A stretch of DNA of 64,000 bases from sequence record PQ478073.1. The stretch is one strand, 5' to 3'. The position numbers were made by a program, and so were the translations under genes. The stretch comes from a phage. Positions 48,829 to 58,396 of the stretch are shown here, piece after piece; within the stretch, counting starts at the first letter, position 1, and each line of letters opens with the position of its first letter. Under the pieces are notes generated by a model. It worked only from the letters and a program-made list of their open reading frames with translations. It ran no database searches and was not told the DNA's origin.

Positions 48829-51033
48829 ATGGCTGGAAATACAAGTGATTACCTACTCCAGCAGTTGGTTAATCAAACTAAAGATAACAACGATAGTTTG
48901 AGTGCTATACGTGAGTTATTGGCTGAAAATATAAAAAATGATAGAAAGAAATCCGGTTCTAAAAGTGGAAAACGTAATGGAAGTAATTCATCAAGTTCTG
49001 GAAACCGTGGCTCTCGAACAAATAACAAAGCTGATGATGGTAAAGAATTTGGAAAAATATTCAAATCATTATCATCTGAAGTATCGAATGTCGGCAAAAC
49101 TATGATGAGTACGTCTGCAAACGTTAGCAATGTTGTAAACTCACTAGGAATGAGTGCATCTTCATTTGCTGGTTCATTAGCAATGATCCCAGGTCCAGTT
49201 GGTGCAGCAGCATCTGCATTCAAATTGGTTGCTGACGCTGGTTTAGCAGTTTATAATGTGTTAAATGCACAGCTTGAAGTTTATAATAGAATAAACAGTG
49301 CTGGTGTCGCTCTATCTGAAGGTTACGGCTCCATATTAAAAGGTGCTGGTGCATCAATGATGAGTATTGATGCATTTGGTGAAGCATTACAAACTCATAG
49401 TGCCGTTGTTGCACAATTAGATGGTGCATATGGTGATGGTGTTTCTACATTTGGTAAATTATTGGGTACTGTGCAACAAGCACAAAATCAATTAGGTTTA
49501 TATGGTGTTTCTCAAAAAACATTAACTGATTTAACTGCACGTAATATTAAATTCCAAAAGCAATTTGGTGGAAGAGAAATGTTACGTAGTATGGATCAAG
49601 CAAAAAGTACTGAACAGTTTATCATGAGTATGACTAAGTTCAGTAAAAGTATGGGTGAGTCAGTTGATGCACTATTAAATAAAACACAAAACTTAGATAA
49701 ATCATTAGACACACGTTCAATGCAAATCGCATTACAAAACTATTCTGGATTATCTAGTAAAGCAGCAGTTGCAACATCAAAAGCATTTAACGAAGCTGCT
49801 GCCAGTATGGGTGATGCTGGTGCAGATTTTCTACGTTTAATTTCACATCGTTTAACTATTGGTGGAGTACCAGATGATTTATTGACTCCAGTACTGAACC
49901 AATTTGCTGATTTAGGTGAGAACTTGGTACGTAGTGGTGTTACTGATTCACAAGAAATTCGCCGTCAACAATTGGAATTTGTTAAAAAGAACAAAGAACT
50001 AATAAAGCAAGATTTATTAAATCAGATACAATTAGGAAACACTACGGCAGCAACCTTCAACCAACAACTACTTGATATGGAAGCTGCGATTAATGATCCT
50101 AAGAGTCAACCAGCAGATAAACTAACACAATTCACTGATAGATTCAATAGATGGATTAGTAAAGAATTTACTGAACCATTTAATAAAATGTATGCAGATA
50201 CACAAAATTCTATTGCGGATTACCTTACTGATATTGCAGACCGTACTGATGGTGCATGGGAATTTATCGGAGAGTTAGCACTTGATGGTTTTGGTTTGGT
50301 TCCTATTGCGAAAGATGCAGTTGCGTATTTGGATAGGATTGGTGGTGAGTTTGAGCAGTGGTTAGAAGGGTTAGGTACTGAAATTTTTGGTAGTGGATAT
50401 AATAAAGTTTCAGAAGCATTTGATAGCTTTATGAATAACCTAATGGATCTTCCTGGTAAACTTTGGGATTCTGTTAAAGGTTGGTTTGGTGGATCAGACG
50501 ACAAAGTAAAAGTAGAAAACAATTCTGTTACCGATGGTGCAGAAAAAGTTAATAATTATTTTGAAGAAAAAATGAATTCATTTGGTGATTATATTTCTAG
50601 TTCATTTGATGGTTTTTTAAAATGGAATTCAAGTAGAAACTTTAAACAACCAAAACCCCTTGATGAATCAGTTGCTGAAAAACTTATTAGTAGTGGTCTT
50701 GAAAATAAGCCAAGAGCAACTGCGAGAATCGAAAAATCTGAACATGTTGCACCATATGTTACCATAACTCCAAAAACTTTTGATAAATCAGCATGGGGTC
50801 CAAATGAACCACCAATTCAAGCTGAACCGGACGATTATGAGGCCATGAAAGCGATGATAAATAGTGGTAGTAGTATGGCAAATGCTAATAATAATGCCAC
50901 AATATCAGAAGACATGAAAGAGTTACTTAAAAAACTTGCTGATGTTAATGAGCAATCTCTATCTGCCGTGCAACAGACAAATAACTATCTAAGAACTATC
51001 TCTGAAAACACTCAAGGTGAGAGAAACAGTTAA
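48829..51033 (+). CDS. hypothetical virion-associated protein, Ala/Gly-rich helical (734 aa); possible tape-measure or internal protein
   Basis: Low-complexity basic/Ser N-terminus (GSKSGKRNGSNSSSSGNRGSR), long alpha-helix-type A/G/L/Q composition; directly upstream of the portal with the portal SD overlapping its stop. Confidence 0.35.
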   Translation: MAGNTSDYLLQQLVNQTKDNNDSLSAIRELLAENIKNDRKKSGSKSGKRNGSNSSSSGNRGSRTNNKADDGKEFGKIFKSLSSEVSNVGKTMMSTSANVSNVVNSLGMSASSFAGSLAMIPGPVGAAASAFKLVADAGLAVYNVLNAQLEVYNRINSAGVALSEGYGSILKGAGASMMSIDAFGEALQTHSAVVAQLDGAYGDGVSTFGKLLGTVQQAQNQLGLYGVSQKTLTDLTARNIKFQKQFGGREMLRSMDQAKSTEQFIMSMTKFSKSMGESVDALLNKTQNLDKSLDTRSMQIALQNYSGLSSKAAVATSKAFNEAAASMGDAGADFLRLISHRLTIGGVPDDLLTPVLNQFADLGENLVRSGVTDSQEIRRQQLEFVKKNKELIKQDLLNQIQLGNTTAATFNQQLLDMEAAINDPKSQPADKLTQFTDRFNRWISKEFTEPFNKMYADTQNSIADYLTDIADRTDGAWEFIGELALDGFGLVPIAKDAVAYLDRIGGEFEQWLEGLGTEIFGSGYNKVSEAFDSFMNNLMDLPGKLWDSVKGWFGGSDDKVKVENNSVTDGAEKVNNYFEEKMNSFGDYISSSFDGFLKWNSSRNFKQPKPLDESVAEKLISSGLENKPRATARIEKSEHVAPYVTITPKTFDKSAWGPNEPPIQAEPDDYEAMKAMINSGSSMANANNNATISEDMKELLKKLADVNEQSLSAVQQTNNYLRTISENTQGERNS

Positions 51034-51044
51034 GGACGAAAATA

Positions 51045-52784
51045 ATGAGTTGGAAACGACATATGACAGTGGGAAGGTCTAAACTATCGACCATCCCAAA
51101 TCAGTCCAGTAATAGCAATAAATCAACAGGAACGAAAACAAATTTCGCTTCCTATCTTCCTGTTGTATATAATGGATTGGCAAACCGTACTGAGCGTTAT
51201 AGTCAGTATGAGCAAATGGACCAAGATCCTGAAATTAGAACTGCATTGAATATAATTGCTGACTTTTGTACCCAAAGTACTGAAGATTTTGGTTTACCAT
51301 ATAAAATCAAATATAAAGATGACATTGGTGATACTGAAGTAACGACTATTGAAGATCGTTTAGATGCATGGACTGAACAAAATGATTTTAAAACACGAAT
51401 GTATGAAATTGTGCGTGGTCTTCTGAAATATGGTGATCAATTTTTCATTCGAGATCCAGAAACATTCGATTGGTATTGGGTAAGCCCCAAAAATGTTGAG
51501 CAAGTATTTGTTAACGAAGCCACTGGTAAAACACCAGTAATTTATTATATACGTGACGTATCATTAAATTTGAAAGATAAAGTTTTTAGTAACCTTCAAG
51601 TAGGATTTGATAAAACCGCTTATCCAGGAGCTATTCCGACAACAATGGGTGGCGGTGGTTCAGTAGCTGCGGGTGGTGCATCTGGTTTTACAAGTCAAGG
51701 AAATACTGCTGACCCATTCAGTACTAACGGTCAATTAGACGTTATTCCTGTTGGTGCAGAACACGTAATTCATCTAACGCTAAATACAGGACAAGATGGG
51801 GTATGGCCTTTTGGTACTAGTATACTTGAGGACGTATTTAAAGTCTATAAGCAAAAAGAACTTCTGGAAGATAGTATCATAATTTATCGTGTACAACGTG
51901 CACCTGAGCGTCGTGTATTTAAAATTGATGTTGGTGATATGCAAGCACACCAAGCGATGGCTTATGTTGAAAGATTTAAAAATGAAATCCACCAGCGTAG
52001 AATACCTTCAAACAAAGGTGGAAGTACTTCATTAATGGATGCAGCATATAATCCATTAAGCATTTTAGAAGACTACTTTTTCCCACAAACTTCTGAAGGT
52101 CGTGGTTCAGATGTTCAAACATTACCAGGCGGTGATAACTTAGGACAAATTGATGACTTACGTTATTTTAATAATAAATTGATTCGTGGTCTTCAAATAC
52201 CAGCTTCTTATCTACCACAAGGTCCAGATGATGGTGGTGTTTCATTATTTGGTGATGGTGCTACACAAGCTATGGCAAGTGAATTGCGATTCAATAATCA
52301 ATGTATGCGTTATCAACGTTTAGTTGCAAAACATTTTGATGCTGAATTCAAAAGATTTATGGTTAAAAATGGATATAACATTAGTACTTCATCTTTTGAA
52401 GTTATTATGAATCCACCTATTAACTTAGCTTCTTATCGTAAAGCTGAACTAGATGCTAAACTAATTAATACATATCTTCCTCTTAATGACTTGCCTTATA
52501 TGGCGAAACAAACAATTCTTGAAAAAATGGGCTTTTCTAAAGCTGATATTGTTAAGAATGAACAAATGTGGTTACAAGAGAATCCACAAGATGGTTCCCA
52601 ACCTTCTGGTGGTGAAGAAGATTCCGCTGGATTACAGTCTGTTGGTATTGATGCTCCAAATGATCCTGGAATGGATCTTGGTATTGATGGAGAAGGTAAT
52701 TTGGAAAGTGCTGATGCCGAATACCAAGAGCAACAGAGTGGAAGTGGTGGTTTCAACCCTAATAATTTAGGCAATTCTTTTTAA
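51045..52784 (+). CDS. 20: portal protein, gp20-like (579 aa)
   Basis: [21 protein letters not shown] vs T4 gp20 [41 protein letters not shown] vs [20 protein letters not shown]. Confidence 0.9.
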   Translation: [579 protein letters not shown]

Positions 52785-52857
52785 ACATAAATAACAGTGT
52801 ATAAGAATGAGGGTTTATTTTTACCCTCATTTATAATGCATATTTCAAGGAGATCAA

Positions 52858-53085
52858 ATGTTAAAGGACATCTTTGAATCTAGCAGTGATTCAATGTACG
52901 ACCCTGAAGATGATCAGAACGTATATAAAATTACTGATTCCAGAAAACCGAAACTAACATTACAAGTATTAAACAACTTAAGAAAGTACCGTGAATTTAA
53001 AGCACATGAAGAACAACGCCGCAAAAATGTGGTTGCAGTTGTTTATGCCGCTGCACCAACTGGTGACGGTTCTGGGTTAATGTAA
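52858..53085 (+). CDS. small prohead core protein candidate (75 aa)
   Basis: Position between portal and protease matches T4 gp67/gp68-type small core proteins; AAGGAG SD; no motif evidence. Confidence 0.4.
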   Translation: MLKDIFESSSDSMYDPEDDQNVYKITDSRKPKLTLQVLNNLRKYREFKAHEEQRRKNVVAVVYAAAPTGDGSGLM

Positions 53086-53137
53086 ATCAAAAATCGCACT
53101 TTTTAAAGCTTTTAAAAAAGGCGATTTTATTCAGTAC

Positions 53138-53153
53138 TAAATAATATCATACT
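53138..53153 (+). promoter_or_regulatory. candidate late promoter block (C)TAAATAATATCATACT
   Basis: 16-mer TAAATAATATCATACT identical to the block upstream of the major capsid gene (55902-55917); sits after an AU-rich hairpin (53091-53127) and 34 nt before ATG 53187. Confidence 0.45.
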
Positions 53154-53186
53154 TTATACGAATGTAATATATCTATGGAGGATATA

Positions 53187-54035
53187 ATGGCGAATTTAAA
53201 ACTACTACAAGAAGCAATTGCGGCGTTTGCAAATGGCGAACAAGATATTGCTGATAAAAAAATGCGTAAGTATTTCGTTGAGCAAGCTCAAGAAATTAAC
53301 AAACAACTAGAAGAAAGCATGGAAGATGAAGACGACGATGAAGATTGTGAAGTCGAAGTTAAAGTCAAAGATGAAGAAAAGCTTGACGAAGATTTTGATG
53401 TACAACCAGACGAAGGTCTAAATGCTGAAATCGAATACACCCTTGGTGAAGAAGATGAAAGTGCAGAAGAAGAAGTTGAATTCTCTGCTGATGCAGATGG
53501 TGACGGTGAAGACGATGTTGACGTTGAAGTGAAAGCTGATGCTGATGTTCCTTCCGAAGACCAATGGGAATCAATCCAAGATGCTTTCCGTGGCCTACAA
53601 CAAATGTTTGATGAAATCGGTGACGGTGAAGTTGATCTAGATTCTGAAGAAGAAGTAGAAGATAGCGAAGAAGAAGTTGGCGTTGACGGTGACGACGAAT
53701 TTGCTGATGTTGAATTCGGTGATGAAAAATTCGGTGAATCCTTCAAACTAGAAAAAGTTGCTCCAGTTGATAAGAAAGAAAAAGCTGGCACTCATTCCAA
53801 ATCTCCAGTAGCACCAGAAGCTAAATCTCCAGTAGCAGGAGCAGAGCCAGTTAAATTCGCTAAGAAAACTGACCAAGCACCATTACTAGACCTAGATGAT
53901 AAATCTGTTCTACCAAAAGATAGTCTAGATCTTGGTAAAAATGCTCGCGGTGAAATGAAAGATGTTAAAGCACCAAAAACTACTGCATCTAATTCTAAAT
54001 CACCACTAAGCAAAGCACAACCTAAACTAAAATAA
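53187..54035 (+). CDS. highly acidic prohead core/scaffold protein (282 aa from ATG 53187)
   Basis: Extreme D/E content (EDEDDDEDCEVEVKVKDEEKLDEDFD...); GGAGGATATAATG start context mirrors the capsid gene (GGAGATATATAATG). Track start is 53175. Confidence 0.6.
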   Translation: MANLKLLQEAIAAFANGEQDIADKKMRKYFVEQAQEINKQLEESMEDEDDDEDCEVEVKVKDEEKLDEDFDVQPDEGLNAEIEYTLGEEDESAEEEVEFSADADGDGEDDVDVEVKADADVPSEDQWESIQDAFRGLQQMFDEIGDGEVDLDSEEEVEDSEEEVGVDGDDEFADVEFGDEKFGESFKLEKVAPVDKKEKAGTHSKSPVAPEAKSPVAGAEPVKFAKKTDQAPLLDLDDKSVLPKDSLDLGKNARGEMKDVKAPKTTASNSKSPLSKAQPKLK

Positions 54036-54038
54036 ATA
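54032..54038 (+). promoter_or_regulatory. candidate late promoter (ATAAATATCTG) for protease gene
   Basis: ATAAATATCTG, shared 11-mer with the 54692 site, overlapping the upstream stop codon. Confidence 0.3.
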
Positions 54039-54055
54039 TCTGAAAGGAGATCATT

Positions 54056-54679
54056 ATGAGTAGTATGATTCGTGAATGGTCTTCATTCAATGATTCTAAA
54101 GTTGTTTTGGAACATCGTGATAATGGATTTGGTGGGCGTGACTGCTATCTTCGTGGTATTGCTATTCAAGCCGACCAACGAAATTTGAACGAGAGAATTT
54201 ACCCTTTATCTGAAATTACAAGGGCAGTAAATAACATGAACCAGCGTTTAGCTAAAGGTGAAAGCATTCTTGTTGAATGTGACCATCCAGAAACACTAAC
54301 TATTAACCTAGACCGAGTAGCAGCAATGATTACTAAGGTTTGGATGGAAGGTGCTAATGGTATGGCAGAAATCAAACTACTTGATACTGCACATGGTCAA
54401 AATATCCGTAAAATGCTAGAGGCTGGTGTAAAACTTGGTGTAAGTTCTCGCGGTTCCGGTAACGTTGATTATAATGGAATAGTTTCTGATTTTGAAATTA
54501 TCACTATTGATATTGTTGCTCAACCTAGTGCTCCAGAAGCATACCCAACAGCGGTATTTGAATCTCTGATGAGTAAGTACGGATCACCTTGTAATAGTTC
54601 TAAAAAAATCACTGAATCTAAAAAAGTAAATAATTTAGATTCTGAAATATACGATTTTTTCAAGAAATTAAAAGGTTAA
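54056..54679 (+). CDS. 21: prohead core protease, gp21-like (207 aa)
   Basis: LVECDHPE and VSSRGSG resemble T4 gp21 VELGHP and FSMRGLVS; position between core proteins and scaffold. Confidence 0.7.
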   Translation: MSSMIREWSSFNDSKVVLEHRDNGFGGRDCYLRGIAIQADQRNLNERIYPLSEITRAVNNMNQRLAKGESILVECDHPETLTINLDRVAAMITKVWMEGANGMAEIKLLDTAHGQNIRKMLEAGVKLGVSSRGSGNVDYNGIVSDFEIITIDIVAQPSAPEAYPTAVFESLMSKYGSPCNSSKKITESKKVNNLDSEIYDFFKKLKG

Positions 54680-54690
54680 CATTTTAAAAA

Positions 54691-54721
54691 TATAAATATC
54701 TGTATGTTGAAGTACAGATAT
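54691..54721 (+). promoter_or_regulatory. candidate late promoter TATAAATA overlapped by a 9-bp palindrome
   Basis: TATAAATA 54691-54698; perfect inverted repeat ATATCTGTA-N8-TACAGATAT (54696-54704, 54713-54721) spanning the -10 element and the expected start site. Confidence 0.4.
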
Positions 54722-54745
54722 TTCAGTACTTAAAGGAGAGAACGA

Positions 54746-55861
54746 ATGTCTAAATTAGAAAAGCTTCTAAAAGAATCATCTCTTTCTGATGAGGCAAAAC
54801 AGCTAATTCAGGAAGCATGGAATGAAGAAAAGAATACACTAGCCGCAGAGATGCGTGAAGAAATGAAAGGCCGTTATCAGCAAGATTTGGCTGAACTAAC
54901 CGAAGGTTTGAACACTATGGTTACTCAAGTCATTGCTGAAGAAATGGGTGCTGTATATGAAGAGAAAAAACGTCTCGTTGAAGATCGTGTAACTCTACGT
55001 AAAACACTAAGCAATTTCTCTGCGTTTTCAAACTCTGTTTTGGCTGAAGAAGTTAAACAAATGCGTAAAGAACGTAAGCATCTTCATGAATGCATGGGTA
55101 AATTCGTTAATTTTTCTAACGGTATCCTAGCAGAAGAGCTAAAAGAATTCCACACTGAAAAACGTCAACTAGTTGAAACTCGCGTTAAACTACTTGCTGA
55201 AGGTTCACGTCAAATTGCTGAAGCTCGTAATAACTTCATCAAACGTACATCTGAAAGTGCTGCTAAATATATTGCAGAAACCACTCAGAAGAATCTATAT
55301 GCGTTGAAACAAGATCTAGTGGAAGCAAAACAAAATATGTTTGGTCGTAAAATCTTTGAAGCATTTGCTCAAGAGTTTAATGTCAAACAATTTAATGAAA
55401 ACTCATTGCTACGTTCCCTAACTGAATCAATTAAATCTAAAGAAGATGAAATTGCTCAAGTTAAGCAAGAACTACATGAAACTGCTAATGCCGTTAAAGC
55501 TGCTAAAACCAAACTACGTATTATGGAAGATGCACAAGCACGTAATGCGATTATGTCTGAACTAGTAAAACCACTAACTGCACAGCAAAAACAAATTATG
55601 GAATCCCTTCTAGCTACTTCACCTACTGAAAAGCTTAAAGAAGATTTCAGCAAGTACCATAAGTCAGTACTTAACGGTACTAAAGTAAATGAATCTGCTA
55701 CCACTCGTCAAGCAGTTCAGTCTTCCGCTAAGAAAACTCTTGCAGAAGGTAAAGTAATCACTGGCAACCGTCAGGCTATTGTTGAAAGCGAAGAAATGAC
55801 CGCTGACGATATGGCATTCCTAAAAGAACTCGATGTTCTTTCAGGTATCAATAAAAAATAA
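54746..55861 (+). CDS. prohead scaffold protein, gp22-like (371 aa)
   Basis: A/E/K/L-rich heptad-like coiled-coil composition; immediately upstream of the major capsid gene. Confidence 0.6.
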   Translation: MSKLEKLLKESSLSDEAKQLIQEAWNEEKNTLAAEMREEMKGRYQQDLAELTEGLNTMVTQVIAEEMGAVYEEKKRLVEDRVTLRKTLSNFSAFSNSVLAEEVKQMRKERKHLHECMGKFVNFSNGILAEELKEFHTEKRQLVETRVKLLAEGSRQIAEARNNFIKRTSESAAKYIAETTQKNLYALKQDLVEAKQNMFGRKIFEAFAQEFNVKQFNENSLLRSLTESIKSKEDEIAQVKQELHETANAVKAAKTKLRIMEDAQARNAIMSELVKPLTAQQKQIMESLLATSPTEKLKEDFSKYHKSVLNGTKVNESATTRQAVQSSAKKTLAEGKVITGNRQAIVESEEMTADDMAFLKELDVLSGINKK

Positions 55862-55899
55862 ACATTTTAAAGCATTTTAATAATCAAATTTTTCAGTTC

Positions 55900-55917
55900 T
55901 ATAAATAATATCATACT
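55900..55917 (+). promoter_or_regulatory. late promoter TATAAATA plus conserved 16-mer, for major capsid gene
   Basis: Exact TATAAATA (55900-55907) 45 nt upstream of ATG 55953; the same TAAATAATATCATACT block occurs at 53138-53153. Confidence 0.55.
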
Positions 55918-55952
55918 GAAAAACGAATATAACATCTTTAAGGAGATATATA

Positions 55953-57128
55953 ATGTCACAACTACTAAATGAATCCAAATGGGTAGCAGTAAAAGAGAAA
56001 CTAGTTGAAGGTCTACAGGGTACTCGTAAGTCTGTAATGGAAACTGTTCTTGATAACCATCGTAAAGTTATGCTAACTGAATCCGCAACTTCTGGTGCAA
56101 CTACCGCTGGTAACATCGCTACTCTAAACAAAGTGATTCTACCAATTATGCGTCGTGTAATGCCAACCGTTATTGCTAACGAAATCATCGGTGTTCAACC
56201 AATGACTGGTCCAGTTGGTCAGATCCACACCCTACGTGTGCAATATGCTGATAACGCACCTGGTGTTATCGCTGGTGAAGAAATGCTTTCTCCATACAAA
56301 ATCGCTAAATCCTACTCTGGTGATCTAAATGCGGATAATAGCAACCCACAAGCTGCTCCTACTAGCCAACTAGAAGGTACTATGGGTCGTCGCGTTAACA
56401 TCCGTATTCTACGTGAAACTGTTGAAGCGAAATCTCGTCGTCTATCTGCACGTTGGACTGTTGAATCTGCACAAGATGCTCAATCCCAACATGGTGTTGA
56501 CGTTGAAGCAGAACTAATGGCTGCAATCGCTCAAGAAGTTACCGTAGAAATCGACCAAGAGCTACTAAGCCGTCTACGTGCACTACCTGGTGCTGCTGCT
56601 GTAACTTATGACCAATCTAAAGTTACTGGTGTTGCAACCTTCGTTGGTGATGAGCACGCTGCTCTAGCAACTCTAATTAACCGTCAAGCAAACGAAGTTG
56701 CTCGTCGTACTAAGCGTGGTGCTGCAAACTGGGCTGTTGTTTCCCCAACTGCACTAACCATTCTACAATCTGCTACTACTTCTAGCTTTGCACGTACCAC
56801 TGAAGGTACTTTCGAAGCACCAACTAACGTTAAGTTTGTAGGTACTCTAAACAGCACTATGCGTATTTTTGTTGATACTTATGCAAGTGATGCAGAAGAT
56901 ATTCTAATTGGTTATAAAGGTAATGCAGAAACTGATGCTGGTGTGTTCTATTGCCCATACATCCCACTAATGGCTTCCGGTACTGTAATGGACCCTAACA
57001 CTGGGGAATTGGTCACAACTTTCTTAACCAGGTATGGTTATGTTCAGTTGACCGATAGCACCAGTTCACTAGGTAACGCTGCGGACTACTACAGCAAAAT
57101 CGCTATCAAAAACGTTACTTTCATGTAA
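55953..57128 (+). CDS. 23: major capsid protein, gp23-like (391 aa)
   Basis: RRVMPTVIANEIIGVQPMTGPVGQIHTLRVQYA vs T4 gp23 RRAIPNLIAFDICGVQPMNSPTGQVFALRAVYG; VEAKSRRLSARWTVESAQD vs IEAKSRQLKAAYSIELAQD; YKGNAETDAGVFYCPYIPL vs YKGPNEMDAGIYYAPYVAL. About 130 aa shorter than T4 gp23. Confidence 0.92.
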   Translation: MSQLLNESKWVAVKEKLVEGLQGTRKSVMETVLDNHRKVMLTESATSGATTAGNIATLNKVILPIMRRVMPTVIANEIIGVQPMTGPVGQIHTLRVQYADNAPGVIAGEEMLSPYKIAKSYSGDLNADNSNPQAAPTSQLEGTMGRRVNIRILRETVEAKSRRLSARWTVESAQDAQSQHGVDVEAELMAAIAQEVTVEIDQELLSRLRALPGAAAVTYDQSKVTGVATFVGDEHAALATLINRQANEVARRTKRGAANWAVVSPTALTILQSATTSSFARTTEGTFEAPTNVKFVGTLNSTMRIFVDTYASDAEDILIGYKGNAETDAGVFYCPYIPLMASGTVMDPNTGELVTTFLTRYGYVQLTDSTSSLGNAADYYSKIAIKNVTFM

Positions 57129-57174
57129 TTGTAATAGATTTAAAAGATTTAATCAAAAAAAAATAAAAACAATA

Positions 57175-57204
57175 GGGACTCTTCGGAGTCCCTTTTCTTT
57201 TTAT
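57175..57204 (+). terminator. strong intrinsic terminator after capsid gene (UUCG tetraloop)
   Basis: GGGACTC-ttcg-GAGTCCC followed by TTTTCTTTTTATT. Confidence 0.85.
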
Positions 57205-57214
57205 TAAAAAACCC

Positions 57215-57243
57215 TTGACACAATGTTCTGGAATGTATATAAT
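57215..57243 (+). promoter_or_regulatory. consensus sigma70 promoter (TTGACA-17-TATAAT)
   Basis: -35 TTGACA 57215-57220, 17-nt spacer, -10 TATAAT 57238-57243; ATG 57276 lies ~26 nt downstream of the predicted start site. Confidence 0.7.
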
Positions 57244-57275
57244 ACGCACATACACGAAAATAAAGAGACAAAATT

Positions 57276-58373
57276 ATGCCAAACGTAAGTATCAACAAAG
57301 AAGAGTTTATCAGCAAAATGACTGCTAAGTATGGTGAATTTGATTTCAGTACTTTAGTATTCAAAGCAAGTAAGACAACAGTGAAATGTAACAAGTGTGG
57401 AAAAGAAAACACCAAACCTGCACTTCGTCACATTGCATGTACATGTGCATCATGTTATTCAAACATGTCACAACGTTCAAACAACGACACATTCATCAGT
57501 ACTATAGAAACTAAATTTGGAAAAGATAAATTCAAATTTGATAAACTAAATTACACTAATGCTATATCAAAAGTAACAATTTTCTGCACAGATGAAGATC
57601 ACAATGATTACTTTGAAATTACACCCAATAAATTTCTTTCTGGTAAAGGATGCCCCGTATGTAATAAAAATGAAGCATACAGTACTGAAGAGTTCAAAGA
57701 AAAAGTAAAAGATAATTATGGTGATTTATTGGATTTAACTAACACGGTGTATGTAAATCAAAAAACTAAAGTAACTGTGTATTGTAACGCAGGTAATCAT
57801 GAATGGACAGTTGATCCAAAAACTTTACTTGTTGGTAAGACTGGATGTGGTACATGCTCCGGTAAAGGCGGTCGAAGTACTGAACGTTTCATTGAACTTG
57901 TGTCGCCTATCCATAACCATAAGTATGATTATAGCTTGGTGGATTACAAGACTAGTGATGAACATGTGGATATTATTTGTCCTGAACATGGTGTCTTTAA
58001 ACAAATACCCAAATCTCATATGGCAGGAAGAGGATGTCCATCATGTGGTGAGTATGGTTATCAACCATCAAAGCCTGGATATTTCTATGTACAAAAACTA
58101 TCTAATAACTCAAAAGTCGTTTACAAATACGGAATTACCGGAGACATGAAGAGACGAATTCATGAACAAAGTCGCAATTCTGAGTTCGAGCATGAATTAC
58201 TGGTAGAACGTTACTTTGAGGATGGTAATAAACCATTATTATTGGAAAAGTTTATCAAGCAATACATTGAAAGTGGTGTTGTAAGTACTGAAGAGTTACC
58301 GTCAGGATTTACTGAAACATTTGATGCTAAGTATCTTGAAAGTGTTTTAGAAATTGTAAATACTTTTAAGTAA
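57276..58373 (+). CDS. tandem zinc-ribbon protein with C-terminal GIY-YIG-like (T5orf172-type) domain (365 aa)
   Basis: Four repeats of C/H...CxxC modules (CNKCGKEN...CTCASC; CTDEDH...CPVC; CNAGNH...CGTC; CPEHG...CPSC); C-terminus GYFYVQK...VYKYGITGDMKRRIHEQ... matches the GIY...YIG..R pattern (~58077-58373). Confidence 0.55.
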   Translation: MPNVSINKEEFISKMTAKYGEFDFSTLVFKASKTTVKCNKCGKENTKPALRHIACTCASCYSNMSQRSNNDTFISTIETKFGKDKFKFDKLNYTNAISKVTIFCTDEDHNDYFEITPNKFLSGKGCPVCNKNEAYSTEEFKEKVKDNYGDLLDLTNTVYVNQKTKVTVYCNAGNHEWTVDPKTLLVGKTGCGTCSGKGGRSTERFIELVSPIHNHKYDYSLVDYKTSDEHVDIICPEHGVFKQIPKSHMAGRGCPSCGEYGYQPSKPGYFYVQKLSNNSKVVYKYGITGDMKRRIHEQSRNSEFEHELLVERYFEDGNKPLLLEKFIKQYIESGVVSTEELPSGFTETFDAKYLESVLEIVNTFK

Positions 58374-58396
58374 ACAATCTAAAGGAGTTGACACGG

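Noticed and set aside
53288-54013. Minus-strand Ser-rich ORFs (167 aa, 69 aa, 73 aa) antisense to the acidic core protein gene
   Set aside because: Artefact of the GAA/GAT-rich sense strand read in reverse; no start context; embedded in a well-supported plus-strand head operon.
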